DNA of 64,000 nt from Prevotella sp. (GTDB lineage: Bacteria > Bacteroidota > Bacteroidia > Bacteroidales > Bacteroidaceae): assembly GCA_017412145.1 (NCBI GenBank), contig JAFPYO010000025.1, positions 12,378-76,377 of the forward strand, in the 5' to 3' direction. Shown one piece after another: positions 34,667-44,029 of the stretch. The notes beneath the pieces are model-generated. The model ran no database searches and had not been told where the DNA came from. It was given only the letters and a program-made list of their open reading frames with translations. Both the position numbers and the translations under genes were made by a program. Numbering within the stretch: position 1 is the stretch's first letter; each line of letters starts with the position of its first letter.

Positions 34667-36172
34667 TTAGAAACTCTTCCTCAACCACCAACTAAACCAC
34701 CCGACGGCAACCATCAGCACGACGAAACCGACCGCGTAGGAAACCTCGGAAGAAAGGCCGAGGGCTTGTTTCGAGGCGAGGAGGAAAGTCGAGCAGACAA
34801 ATGTCATGAACAGGGCGGGAATCAATGTTATCCAATAGAGTTTGCGGCTTTGTGCGAGATAGACCGTCAGCGTCCACAGCGTGAAGACGGAGAGGGTCTG
34901 GTTGCCCCATCCGAAATATTGCCAAATGATGTTGAAACCGTCGGGATTGTTCATCTGCCACAGCAACAGCAAGGTGGCGACAGCGAACAACGGGATGCAG
35001 ACATACAAACGACGGCGCACCGACCGCTGGTCGAGGCCGATGAACTCGGCAACGATGAGGCGGGCTGAGCGTAATGCCGTGTCGCCACTGGTAATCGGGG
35101 CTGCCACCACGCCGAGCATCGCCAAAATGCCACTGAACACGCCCAGCCAATTCTCGCAAACGAGTCCGACGACGGTCGGCGCATTGAAGTATTGCACGAG
35201 TGTTTTTCCACCCTCGGCTTGGGCTTGAAACGCCGCTGCCACCTCGGGACTCACCACTTCCTGCCAACCGCCGTAGTAAAAGAAATACATCGAAACGGTC
35301 GCCCAGATGAGCGCAACAATGCCTTCGGTAATCATCGCGCCGTAGAAAATCGGTCGTCCCCACCGTTCCGACTTCATGCAACGCGCCATCAAAGGACTTT
35401 GCGTCGCGTGGAAACCGCTGATGGCTCCGCAGGCTATCGTGATGAAAAGGCAGGGAAAAATGGGGTTGTTCGCGATGAACGTGTCGTTGCCGAGCCATGC
35501 CGGATTCGGGTTCAGATTGGCGGCTGAGAGGTCGCTCCACAGTTCGGGAATCGTCGGTTGTTTCACCAAAAGACCAACGAACAGAGCCAATGCCATGAAC
35601 AGCAACGAAAAAGCAAACAACGGATAGATTTTACCAATGATTTGGTCGATGGGAAGTATCGTGGCGATGATGTAATAGGCGAAAATCACGACGATCCACA
35701 GTTGTTTCGTGCCCCAGATGCTTTGCAAAATGATGGCTGGACTATAGACGAAAACCGCGCCAACCATCACAAGCATAAACACCGAAAACAGTAGCATGAC
35801 GCGCTTCGTGTTCATTCCGAGAAAGTGGCCGACGAGTTCGGGCAGCCCTATTCCGCCATGACGAATCGAGAGCATTCCGCTCAGGTAGTCGTGGACGGCA
35901 CCTGCGAAAATACAGCCGAAAACAATCCACAGATAGGCAATCGGACCATACCACGCTCCCATGATGGCACCGAAAATCGGCCCCGTTCCAGCAATGTTCA
36001 GAAACTGAATCATGAAAATTTTCCATCCGGGCAACGCGATGAAATCTACACCGTCGGCCTTGGTATAGGCAGGTGTCGGACGGTCGTCAGGGCCGAAAAC
36101 TCGTTCCACGAATCGACCATAGACAAAGTAGCCGACCACCAGCGCACAAACAGTAATCAAGAATGAAATCAT
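34667..36172 (-). CDS. cstA: Carbon starvation protein A (peptide/pyruvate transporter family)
   Basis: 501-aa polytopic protein; N-terminus MISFLITVCALVVGYFVYGRFVERVFGPD typical of CstA. Confidence 0.8.
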   Translation of the reverse strand: MISFLITVCALVVGYFVYGRFVERVFGPDDRPTPAYTKADGVDFIALPGWKIFMIQFLNIAGTGPIFGAIMGAWYGPIAYLWIVFGCIFAGAVHDYLSGMLSIRHGGIGLPELVGHFLGMNTKRVMLLFSVFMLVMVGAVFVYSPAIILQSIWGTKQLWIVVIFAYYIIATILPIDQIIGKIYPLFAFSLLFMALALFVGLLVKQPTIPELWSDLSAANLNPNPAWLGNDTFIANNPIFPCLFITIACGAISGFHATQSPLMARCMKSERWGRPIFYGAMITEGIVALIWATVSMYFFYYGGWQEVVSPEVAAAFQAQAEGGKTLVQYFNAPTVVGLVCENWLGVFSGILAMLGVVAAPITSGDTALRSARLIVAEFIGLDQRSVRRRLYVCIPLFAVATLLLLWQMNNPDGFNIIWQYFGWGNQTLSVFTLWTLTVYLAQSRKLYWITLIPALFMTFVCSTFLLASKQALGLSSEVSYAVGFVVLMVAVGWFSWWLRKSF

Positions 36173-36178
36173 ACGATT

Positions 36179-37381
36179 TTATTGAGTTTTCTGTGACAAA
36201 TCGAGCATTTTTTCGAGGCTTTCGCCGATGATTTTCTTCGCCTCAGCGTCGGTTTCGACTTCGTAGGCAGCACGAACATCCTTCAAGAAGGTGAAATAGT
36301 GGATGTCGGCGATGTATTTCGCAGCGGCGGCACGAACTTTCGCGCTTCCATCGAAGAGTGCACCCTGAATCCAGCGTTTCGCATCCCACGACTGGTGTGC
36401 TTTCAGCCATTCGAGAGCCTCGATTTTCTCGTTTTCAGTGCCATACACGAGTTTTTTGAAGTAGTCGGCCTCGGTTTTCAGGTCGGCAACGGTCATCAGA
36501 ATCTCGCGATTGACCAAATTCGGATTTGTCAGGTCTAAAGGATCCAAAAACGATTGATTTTCAACCATTTTCTGTAAAGAATCGTCGTCGTCAGCCGTTT
36601 GCGTCCAACGCACCATTCGCGCAATCATCCACATTTTTCCAGCGGTGGATTCGGGATGGGCAATCGACGAGAAAACTTTTCCTTTTCCGTAGCGATTCCC
36701 GATGAAGAAAGGTCGGTTGTTCGTCATATTCGACGGTGCCCCACCCTCTTCGTGCACATCGCTCAGCATCGTGGCAAATTCGACGTATTTCACGGAATCG
36801 TCGGGCGCAGCCACGAACACCGGACCCTCGTAATACATACAGTAAAGCGTGTCCAGATTGGCATATTCGCCAAAAATTTTCTTGCCCTCGTCCGTGAGCG
36901 AGAAGCCCACGATGCCGTGTCCACGATTGTCGTGCTCAATGTCGATGGCCTTTGCGCCGTTCATCGCCAGACACGAATATTCAGGCGTATTTGAAAAAAG
37001 GTAGGCTCCAGCACAAATGCCAACAGCACCGCCGCCCCGACGCACAAATTCCTGAATCCGACGGACATTCTCCTCGCCGAGGTTCTGATACTGCCGCGTT
37101 CCGCCACCGCCCGGCACCACAATGACGTCGAGAGAGTCCAACACGCCGGCGGCGATGTCGGCCGTCGTCACGTAGCGCACAGCCATGTCGCCATCGAGCG
37201 AACACGCCGCAAACGCCTCCCACACGCAAGTTTGCGCCCCGCCGTTACCATTGAAAACTCCCACGCGAATCTGCGGCATTGCGCCCTCGTTCGCCTTCTC
37301 GGATTGGTTGCACGACACCACGAACAAAGCCGTCATTGCCACGGCAACCATCATAAAACTGAATCGATTGTTTTTTTTCAT
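36179..37381 (-). CDS. Lipoprotein with glutamine-amidotransferase-like (BPL_N-type) domain and C-terminal HEAT-like repeats
   Basis: Lipobox VVSC; IRVGVFNGNGGAQTCVWEAF...VVPGGGG; helical repeat tail; start 37381 or 37408. Confidence 0.3.
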   Translation of the reverse strand: MKKNNRFSFMMVAVAMTALFVVSCNQSEKANEGAMPQIRVGVFNGNGGAQTCVWEAFAACSLDGDMAVRYVTTADIAAGVLDSLDVIVVPGGGGTRQYQNLGEENVRRIQEFVRRGGGAVGICAGAYLFSNTPEYSCLAMNGAKAIDIEHDNRGHGIVGFSLTDEGKKIFGEYANLDTLYCMYYEGPVFVAAPDDSVKYVEFATMLSDVHEEGGAPSNMTNNRPFFIGNRYGKGKVFSSIAHPESTAGKMWMIARMVRWTQTADDDDSLQKMVENQSFLDPLDLTNPNLVNREILMTVADLKTEADYFKKLVYGTENEKIEALEWLKAHQSWDAKRWIQGALFDGSAKVRAAAAKYIADIHYFTFLKDVRAAYEVETDAEAKKIIGESLEKMLDLSQKTQ

Positions 37382-37394
37382 TGCGATTATTTTT

Positions 37395-37967
37395 TTATGA
37401 TTTTTCATTAGATTCTTTTGCTATGATAGAATCATCCATCACTTTCTCAAATCGGAACATTCCGTCGTTGTCTTCGCCGTGAGAATCGGAGTCGTGAGGG
37501 TCGGGATGATGGGCGTTGAAGAACTCGACGATGTGAAAGCCGCAACGATTGACATAGAAATGAATGTTGCGCTTCTCGAAATAGGGCGTATGGGTCTCCC
37601 AGACGCGGATTTCAGGATGCATCCGTTCCACCTCGCACCAAGCAGAATAACCGATGCCACGACTATGGACGTGGGGCGAGACGAACAGCAGTTGCAGTTC
37701 TCCCAATCGCCGTTCTTGGTCGATTCTCAACACGACTCCGCCGACTTTCTGACCGTCACAGACGATGCGATAAGCCTCGGCATTTGGCTCGTCGATGGAA
37801 CGCTCAATGGTTTCGCGAGAGATGATTTCACCGTCTTCCTCGAAATGGTTGTCGCGCATTCCGAATTCCTCGGTGGCACCGTATCGAAAAGCCTCCTGAT
37901 TATCGAGGATGAACTGCTGTCGGTCGGCTTCTTCAAGCGGCAGAAGCGTTATCTGGGTCGCTCTCAT
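37395..37967 (-). CDS. GNAT family acetyltransferase
   Basis: VSPHVHSRGIGYSAW acetyl-CoA motif; ATG 37967 preferred over TTG 38009. Confidence 0.6.
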   Translation of the reverse strand: MRATQITLLPLEEADRQQFILDNQEAFRYGATEEFGMRDNHFEEDGEIISRETIERSIDEPNAEAYRIVCDGQKVGGVVLRIDQERRLGELQLLFVSPHVHSRGIGYSAWCEVERMHPEIRVWETHTPYFEKRNIHFYVNRCGFHIVEFFNAHHPDPHDSDSHGEDNDGMFRFEKVMDDSIIAKESNEKS

Positions 37968-37978
37968 TTCTATCGTTT

Positions 37979-38497
37979 TTATTCTCCCTTCACCGCCTTC
38001 GGCGTCCAATTTTTAAAGAAACTCAGCACCTTTTTGGGGTCGTAGGTCTTACCCTCCTCCAAATAGCCGGAGTCTTGCAGGTGGAGCACTTTGCCAGTTT
38101 CATCGAGCACCACCATCACGGGGAAACCGAAACGGGCGGGATTGCCAAGTCGCTTCAGCAGTTCAGCGGTTTGCTCGGCCTTGCCTGCCTCCTTCGACTT
38201 GCGCGGATGGTAGTTCACGTGGATATAGACAAAATTCTGGGCGACGAGTTGGCTGATTTCCTCGTTGTTGGTGATGAAATCGGCGAAGCGCAAGCACCAC
38301 GGACACCAATTTCCGCCCAACTGCACGATGACGAACTTCCCTTCGGACTTCGCCTGCAAAAGCGCCGCATCGATTTGCTCGAGCGGGTCGATTTGCTCGT
38401 TATACACTCTCTTCAGACCTTCCTGTGCGTTTGCCGTGAGCGCGAAAAGGGCGACAAACACGGCGATGATGATGTTTTTTCGCATGATTTTGTTCAT
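37979..38497 (-). CDS. Secreted thioredoxin-fold protein
   Basis: Signal peptide IIIAVFVALFALTANA; redox motif GGNWCPWCL; start ATG 38497 or 38485. Confidence 0.7.
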   Translation of the reverse strand: MNKIMRKNIIIAVFVALFALTANAQEGLKRVYNEQIDPLEQIDAALLQAKSEGKFVIVQLGGNWCPWCLRFADFITNNEEISQLVAQNFVYIHVNYHPRKSKEAGKAEQTAELLKRLGNPARFGFPVMVVLDETGKVLHLQDSGYLEEGKTYDPKKVLSFFKNWTPKAVKGE

Positions 38498-38523
38498 TTT
38501 TTTCAAAAATAAAGATTTCTGCT

Positions 38524-38531
38524 GCAAAAAT
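38524..38531 (-). promoter_or_regulatory. -7 box (TATTTTTG on minus strand) for thioredoxin-fold operon
   Basis: caaaaata on plus strand about 27 nt upstream of ATG 38497. Confidence 0.4.
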
Positions 38532-38564
38532 ACGAATTTATCGGGAAAAAATCCAAAGTTTTTA

Positions 38565-38572
38565 TTAAATTT
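38565..38572 (+). promoter_or_regulatory. -7 box (TAAATTTG) for fucosidase gene
   Basis: TAAATTTG about 31 nt upstream of ATG 38603. Confidence 0.45.
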
Positions 38573-38602
38573 GCAGAGAATTTTAAAATATTGAAGAATA
38601 AT

Positions 38603-40099
38603 ATGGAACATCGATTTTTCCTTTTTCTCGGAACAGCACTGCTTTCCGCAACCCTATCGCTGGCTCAGCCAACACCGATAGCACCCCTGCCAAGCGCAAG
38701 CCAAGTGGCATGGCAGCAGTTGGAAACCTACGCATTCATCCATTTCGGACCGAACACCTTCGGCGACCGCGAATGGGGCTATGGCGACGCACCGTTGGAA
38801 TCGTTCAACCCGACGCGACTCGACTGTGAGCAGTGGGCGCGGGTGTGTAAAAAGGCGGGCATGAAGGGCATCATCCTCACGGCGAAGCACCACGACGGAT
38901 TTTGCCTCTGGCCAACGAAATTCACCGACTACAGCGTGCGCAACACGCCCTACAAAGACGGCAAGGGCGACATCGTGGGTGAATTGGCGGCGGCTTGCCA
39001 GAAACACGGGTTGAAACTCGGTCTGTACCTCTCGCCGTGGGACCGCCACCAGGCTTTCTACGGCACACCGCTCTACGTGGAATATTTCTACGCGCAGTTG
39101 AACGAGTTGCTCACGCAATATGGCGAATTGTTCGAGGTTTGGTTCGACGGAGCCAACGGCGGCGACGGCTGGTATGGCGGAGCGCGTGAGACGCGGAAAA
39201 TCGACCGCAGCACCTATTACAATTACTCGCGCGCGTGGAAAATGGTTGGAGAATTGCAGCCGAAGGCCGTGATTTTCAGCGACGGAGGCCCTGGATGCCG
39301 CTGGGTGGGCAACGAAAAAGGCTACGCCAACGCGACGAACTGGTCGTTCCTGCGCATCAAAGAAGTCTATCCGGGCTACGAGCGTTTCAAGGAATTGCAG
39401 AGCGGCCACGCCGACGGCGATGCGTGGGTGGCGGCCGAGTGCAACACGTCGATTCGTCCGGGATGGTTCTACCACGAGAGCGAGGACACGAAGGTGAAAA
39501 GCGTCGAGCATTTGGTCGATTTGTACTATCGCAGCGTCGGCCACAACGGCACTTTCCTACTGAATTTCCCGGTCGATAAAGAGGGTTTGATTCATCCGAA
39601 CGACTCGGCCCACGCCGTCGATTTCCATCGTCAGATTTCAGAAGAATTGAAAACGAATCTGCTGAAAAATGTTTCCGTCAAGGCTTCAAACACGCGTGAA
39701 AAGGCCTTTTCCGTGAAAAATTTGACCGACGGAATTTTCGATACGTTTTGGGCGACGGAAGACGGTGTAACGACTGCCACGCTGGAAATTTCGTTGAAAA
39801 AATCGCAGAAAATCAACCGTTTGATGCTCGGCGAATACATTCCGCTGGGTCAGCGCGTGAAGAAATTCGCCATTGAGTATCAAGACGGCAAAAAATGGCT
39901 GCCGCTCAACGTCGGCGAGGCCACGACAACCATCGGCTACAAGCGATTGCTGCGCTTCAAACCCATCGCCACGAAACGCCTTCGAATCCGTTTCGAAGAA
40001 AGTCGCGGACCACTGTGTATCAACGAGTTAGGTGCTTTCTACGCTCCGAATGGCGCGAGCGAATATCTGGAACATTACGACAACGTGTTGGGTCATTAA
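38603..40099 (+). CDS. Alpha-L-fucosidase (GH29) with C-terminal discoidin-like domain
   Basis: Signal peptide; KHHDGFCLWPT and WFDGANGG motifs of GH29. Confidence 0.85.
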   Translation: MEHRFFLFLGTALLSATLSLAQPTPIAPLPSASQVAWQQLETYAFIHFGPNTFGDREWGYGDAPLESFNPTRLDCEQWARVCKKAGMKGIILTAKHHDGFCLWPTKFTDYSVRNTPYKDGKGDIVGELAAACQKHGLKLGLYLSPWDRHQAFYGTPLYVEYFYAQLNELLTQYGELFEVWFDGANGGDGWYGGARETRKIDRSTYYNYSRAWKMVGELQPKAVIFSDGGPGCRWVGNEKGYANATNWSFLRIKEVYPGYERFKELQSGHADGDAWVAAECNTSIRPGWFYHESEDTKVKSVEHLVDLYYRSVGHNGTFLLNFPVDKEGLIHPNDSAHAVDFHRQISEELKTNLLKNVSVKASNTREKAFSVKNLTDGIFDTFWATEDGVTTATLEISLKKSQKINRLMLGEYIPLGQRVKKFAIEYQDGKKWLPLNVGEATTTIGYKRLLRFKPIATKRLRIRFEESRGPLCINELGAFYAPNGASEYLEHYDNVLGH

Positions 40100-40121
40100 A
40101 ATTGTCTGAAAACGAACAAAA

Positions 40122-42575
40122 ATGATGAGGAAAATTCTGCTAACATTGTTTGGCTGCTTGGCTTTCACAGCATTTGCAGCGAAGAAAAATACCGTTGTAC
40201 TACCCTATCAAAACGCGGCTCTGCCCATCGAAGTACGACTGCGCGACCTGATGAGTCGGATGACGATGGAGGAAAAAATCGGGCAGTTGCGCTGCACGAT
40301 GGCGTGGAATTATTATGAGATAAGGGAAGAAAAGGGAAGTGAAAGGGGAGTGAAAGGGAAGAGAAGGGTTCCTGTGCCGTCGGAATCGTTCAAAAAGGAC
40401 ATTGCCGAGGGGAAAATCGGAATGCTTTGGGCAACTTATCGCGCCGACCCGTGGACGCAGAAATCGCTCGAAAACGGTCTGACACCCGAATTGGCGGCGA
40501 TGGCTGGAAATGCCCTGCAAAAATACGTCAAGGAGCACACACGACTGGGCATTCCGCTGTTTCTGGCCGAGGAAGCGCCACACGGACACATGGCCATCGG
40601 AACAACCGTTTTTCCGACAGGTTTGGGCATGGCTGCCACGTGGTCGCCTGAACTTTTGGAGCGTGCCGGCGAGGTCATCGGCAGGGAAATTCGCTTGCAG
40701 GGCGGCCATATCAGTTACGGTCCCGTGCTTGATTTGTCGCGCGATCCGCGTTGGTCGCGTGTCGAGGAATCCTTTGGCGAAGACCCCGTGCTCACGGGCG
40801 AACTCGGTGCCGCGATGGTGCGCGGACTGGGCGGTGGCGACCTCTCAAAACCCTATTCCACGCTCGCCACGCTGAAGCATTTCATCGCTTACGGCACCAC
40901 CGAAGGCGGACAAAACGGCAACCAGACCGTGCTCGGCCCGATGGAACTTCACCAGCATTTCCTGCCGCCGTTTCGCAAGGCGATCGAGGCCGGTGCACTC
41001 TCGGTGATGACCAGTTACAATTCTTGCGACGGCATTCCCTGCACGAGCAACGAGTATCTGCTGACGGAGGTGCTTCGCAACCAGTGGAAATTCCGTGGTT
41101 TCGTGGTCAGCGACCTTTTTAGCATCGACGGAATCGCTGGAATGCGCGTCGCTCGCGACAATCGAGAGGCTGGCGCGATGGCGTTGAAAGCCGGTGTCGA
41201 TGCCGACCTCGGAGCGAATGCGTATGGGAAGATTCAGAAGTTGTGGAGTGAAGGAGTGAAGGAATTAGGGAGTGATGAACTTCGGGATTTGGAACCATAT
41301 ATCGACCGCGCTTGCGAGCGAATTTTGCGACTGAAATTCGAGATGGGACTCTTTGAAAATCCTTATACCGACCCGAAAATCGCGAAACAAGAGGTGAGAA
41401 CGACGGAAAACAAGAAAATTGCCCTCGATGTCGCCCGCGCCTCGATTACATTGTTGAAAAACGATGGAATTTTGCCCTTGAAAAATGCTTCGACGCAAAA
41501 TTCGGGAATGAAAATTCTCGTCGTCGGACCGAATGCCGACAACCAATACAACCAACTTGGCGACTACACCGCCCCACAGGCCGACGACAACGTGACGACC
41601 GTGCTCGAAGGCATCCGCGAGAAGTTCTCATCACCCAACACCAACCACCTAACACCCAACACCCTCTACATCAAAGGCTGCGCGGTCCGCGACACCACTG
41701 AAAGCAACATCACTGAGGCCGTCAGAGCCGCCAAAAATGCCGACGTGGTCATCGCAGTGGTGGGCGGTTCGAGTGCCCGCGATTTCAAGACTTCGTACAA
41801 GGAAACCGGCGCTGCCACCACTGAATCGACGGGGTCGAACACCCGAATTTCCGATATGGATTGCGGCGAAGGCTTCGACCGCGCCACCCTTTCGCTGCTC
41901 GGCTATCAAAATCGCCTGCTTGAAGCACTGAAAAAAACGGGAAAACCACTCGTCGTCATCTACATCGAAGGCCGTCCGCTCGACAAATCGTGGGCTGCCG
42001 AACACGCCGATGCCCTGCTCACAGCCTACTACCCGGGTCAAGAGGGCGGAAAAGCCCTTGCCGACGTGCTTTTCGGCGACTACAACCCTGCCGGACGACT
42101 GCCCGTTTCCGTGCCTGCCAGCATCGGTCAACTGCCCGTCTATTACAACAAACGGGCCCCACTTCCGCACGATTATGTGGAAATGTCGGCCAAACCGCTC
42201 TACGCCTTCGGTTTCGGCCTGTCATACACCACTTTCAAGTACGAAAATCTGCAAATCGCGACAGGAACTAACATCAAAATCTCGTGCGACGTGACAAACA
42301 CCGGTGATTACGATGGCGAGGAAGTTGTGCAACTCTACGTTCGCGACGAAATTGCCTCAGTGGTGCAGCCAGTGAAGCAACTCAAAGCCTTCCGTCGCGT
42401 GATGATTCCGAAGGGAGCGACCCGTCGCGTCGAATTTACGCTGACAAAGGCCGATTTGAGCATCATCGACGCCCAGATGCGCGAAAAATTCGAGGCAGGA
42501 ACATTCAAAATCATGCTCGGAGCCGCGTCAGACGACATCCGCTTGCAGGAAATCGTCGCGTTCGGCCCGAAATAA
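40122..42575 (+). CDS. bglX: Periplasmic beta-glucosidase, GH3 (BglX-like), with three word-tract segments
   Basis: Signal peptide; KHFIAYGTTEGG, nucleophile context GFVVSDLFSIDG; C-terminal FnIII-like domain; 817 aa. Confidence 0.85.
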   Translation: MMRKILLTLFGCLAFTAFAAKKNTVVLPYQNAALPIEVRLRDLMSRMTMEEKIGQLRCTMAWNYYEIREEKGSERGVKGKRRVPVPSESFKKDIAEGKIGMLWATYRADPWTQKSLENGLTPELAAMAGNALQKYVKEHTRLGIPLFLAEEAPHGHMAIGTTVFPTGLGMAATWSPELLERAGEVIGREIRLQGGHISYGPVLDLSRDPRWSRVEESFGEDPVLTGELGAAMVRGLGGGDLSKPYSTLATLKHFIAYGTTEGGQNGNQTVLGPMELHQHFLPPFRKAIEAGALSVMTSYNSCDGIPCTSNEYLLTEVLRNQWKFRGFVVSDLFSIDGIAGMRVARDNREAGAMALKAGVDADLGANAYGKIQKLWSEGVKELGSDELRDLEPYIDRACERILRLKFEMGLFENPYTDPKIAKQEVRTTENKKIALDVARASITLLKNDGILPLKNASTQNSGMKILVVGPNADNQYNQLGDYTAPQADDNVTTVLEGIREKFSSPNTNHLTPNTLYIKGCAVRDTTESNITEAVRAAKNADVVIAVVGGSSARDFKTSYKETGAATTESTGSNTRISDMDCGEGFDRATLSLLGYQNRLLEALKKTGKPLVVIYIEGRPLDKSWAAEHADALLTAYYPGQEGGKALADVLFGDYNPAGRLPVSVPASIGQLPVYYNKRAPLPHDYVEMSAKPLYAFGFGLSYTTFKYENLQIATGTNIKISCDVTNTGDYDGEEVVQLYVRDEIASVVQPVKQLKAFRRVMIPKGATRRVEFTLTKADLSIIDAQMREKFEAGTFKIMLGAASDDIRLQEIVAFGPK
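40317..40368. repeat. Purine-only GGGAAG/GTGAAAG word tract, in frame in GH3 CDS
   Basis: gagataagggaagaaaagggaagtgaaaggggagtgaaagggaagagaaggg; whole stretch 40304-40370 lacks C; encodes EIREEKGSERGVKGKRR. Confidence 0.8.
41245..41275. repeat. GGAGTGAAGG word tract, in frame in GH3 CDS
   Basis: ggagtgaaggagtgaaggaattagggagtga; C-free 41236-41279; encodes SEGVKELGS as in 1593-1619. Confidence 0.85.
41632..41665. repeat. CAACACC word tract, in frame in GH3 CDS
   Basis: cacccaacaccaaccacctaacacccaacaccct; G-free 41625-41676; encodes SPNTNHLTPNT. Confidence 0.8.
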
Positions 42576-42611
42576 TTTGACAAACTGCACCCCAAAAAAC
42601 AAAATATTTAC

Positions 42612-42619
42612 TACTTTTG
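42612..42619 (+). promoter_or_regulatory. -7 box (TACTTTTG) for Dabb gene
   Basis: TACTTTTG 25 nt upstream of ATG 42644. Confidence 0.45.
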
Positions 42620-42643
42620 CAGAAAATTTTAAAGAATGAAGTT

Positions 42644-42949
42644 ATGGTGAAACACGTGATTCTTTGGACATTGGATCCAAAATTATCGAAAGACATGATG
42701 CAAGAAGTGAAAATCGGCATCAAAGAAGGTTTGGAAGGACTCGTCGGCAAAGTGCCCGGTCTGATTGACGTGAAAGTCCACATCGACGGTCGTTTGGCGT
42801 CGTCGAATGCCGACGTGATGCTCGACAGTACACTCGAAAGCGAAGAAGCACTGCGGGCTTACGCGATGAACCCCGACCACGTGGCCGTAGCGGACAAGAA
42901 AGTTCGTCCCTACACCGTGCAACGAAGTTGTTTTGATTTTGAAGTGTAA
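42644..42949 (+). CDS. Stress-responsive alpha/beta-barrel (Dabb) domain protein
   Basis: 101 aa; MVKHVILWTL...DVMLDSTLESEEALRAYAMNPDHVAV pattern of Dabb family. Confidence 0.65.
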   Translation: MVKHVILWTLDPKLSKDMMQEVKIGIKEGLEGLVGKVPGLIDVKVHIDGRLASSNADVMLDSTLESEEALRAYAMNPDHVAVADKKVRPYTVQRSCFDFEV

Positions 42950-42950
42950 C

Positions 42951-42981
42951 AAAAAAGCCTCGCTGATTAGCGAGGCTTTTT
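42951..42981. terminator. Bidirectional hairpin terminator
   Basis: aaaaagcctcgc / gcgaggcttttt perfect stem flanked by A-run and T-run, between convergent genes. Confidence 0.75.
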
Positions 42982-43000
42982 GATTGAAAGAGGAATAAAA

Positions 43001-44017
43001 TTACTTCTTATTCAGCGCAAGGTCAATCGCCACGGCGACACCGACGGTAGCACCCACCATCGGGTTGTTACCCATGCCGAGGAAGCCCATCATTTCAACG
43101 TGGGCGGGAACACTCGACGAACCGGCGAACTGAGCGTCGCTGTGCATACGACCCATCGTGTCGGTCATACCATAGGAAGCGGGACCGGCAGCCATGTTGT
43201 CGGGGTGCAGGGTACGGCCAGTACCGCCACCGGAAGCCACCGAGAAGTAGGGCTTGCCAGCCAGCGTGCGCTCCTTCTTGTACGTGCCAGCCACGGGATG
43301 CTGGAAGCGCGTCGGGTTCGTAGAGTTACCCGTGATGGAAACATCCACGTTCTCCTTCCACAGGATGGCCACACCCTCGCGAACATCGTCGGCACCGTAG
43401 CACTTCACCTTCAGGCGGCTCGGATTGTTGCCGTAGGGCACTTCCTTCACCACTTTCAGCTCGCCCGTAAAGTAGTCGAACTGTGTCTGCACATACGTAA
43501 AGCCATTGATGCGGCTGATGATTTGAGCAGCGTCCTTGCCCAGACCGTTCAGAATGACGCGAAGCGGCTTCTGGCGCACTTTGTTGGCCATCTCAGCGAT
43601 TTTGATGGCACCCTCGGCGGCAGCGAAGCTCTCGTGGCCAGCCAAGAAGGCAAAGCACTCAGTCTCCTCGCGCAGCAGACGGGCAGCAAGATTGCCGTGG
43701 CCAATGCCCACCTTGCGGTCGTCGGCCACACTTCCCGGAATGCAGAATGCCTGCAAGCCAATTCCGATGGCCTCGGCAGCGTCGGCAGCAGTTTTCACGC
43801 CTTTCTTGATGGCGATGGCAGCGCCGCAGACGTATGCCCACTTGGCGTTCTCGAAGCAGATGCGCTGCGTGTCCTCACACATCTGATAGGGGTCAACCCC
43901 TGCGTTCTCACAAATTTCATTGGCCTCTTCAATACTGTTGATGCCATTCTCCTTCAGTGCCGCAAGAACTTGGTTGATACGGCGTTCCTGACTCTCAAAA
44001 CTAACTTTTCTAATCAT
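43001..44017 (-). CDS. GGGtGRT family protein, function unknown
   Basis: Literal signature SGGGTGRTLHPDNMAAGPASYGMTD; 338 aa; 12 nt downstream of NifU-like gene. Confidence 0.7.
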   Translation of the reverse strand: MIRKVSFESQERRINQVLAALKENGINSIEEANEICENAGVDPYQMCEDTQRICFENAKWAYVCGAAIAIKKGVKTAADAAEAIGIGLQAFCIPGSVADDRKVGIGHGNLAARLLREETECFAFLAGHESFAAAEGAIKIAEMANKVRQKPLRVILNGLGKDAAQIISRINGFTYVQTQFDYFTGELKVVKEVPYGNNPSRLKVKCYGADDVREGVAILWKENVDVSITGNSTNPTRFQHPVAGTYKKERTLAGKPYFSVASGGGTGRTLHPDNMAAGPASYGMTDTMGRMHSDAQFAGSSSVPAHVEMMGFLGMGNNPMVGATVGVAVAIDLALNKK

Positions 44018-44029
44018 CGTCGTGTCCTC

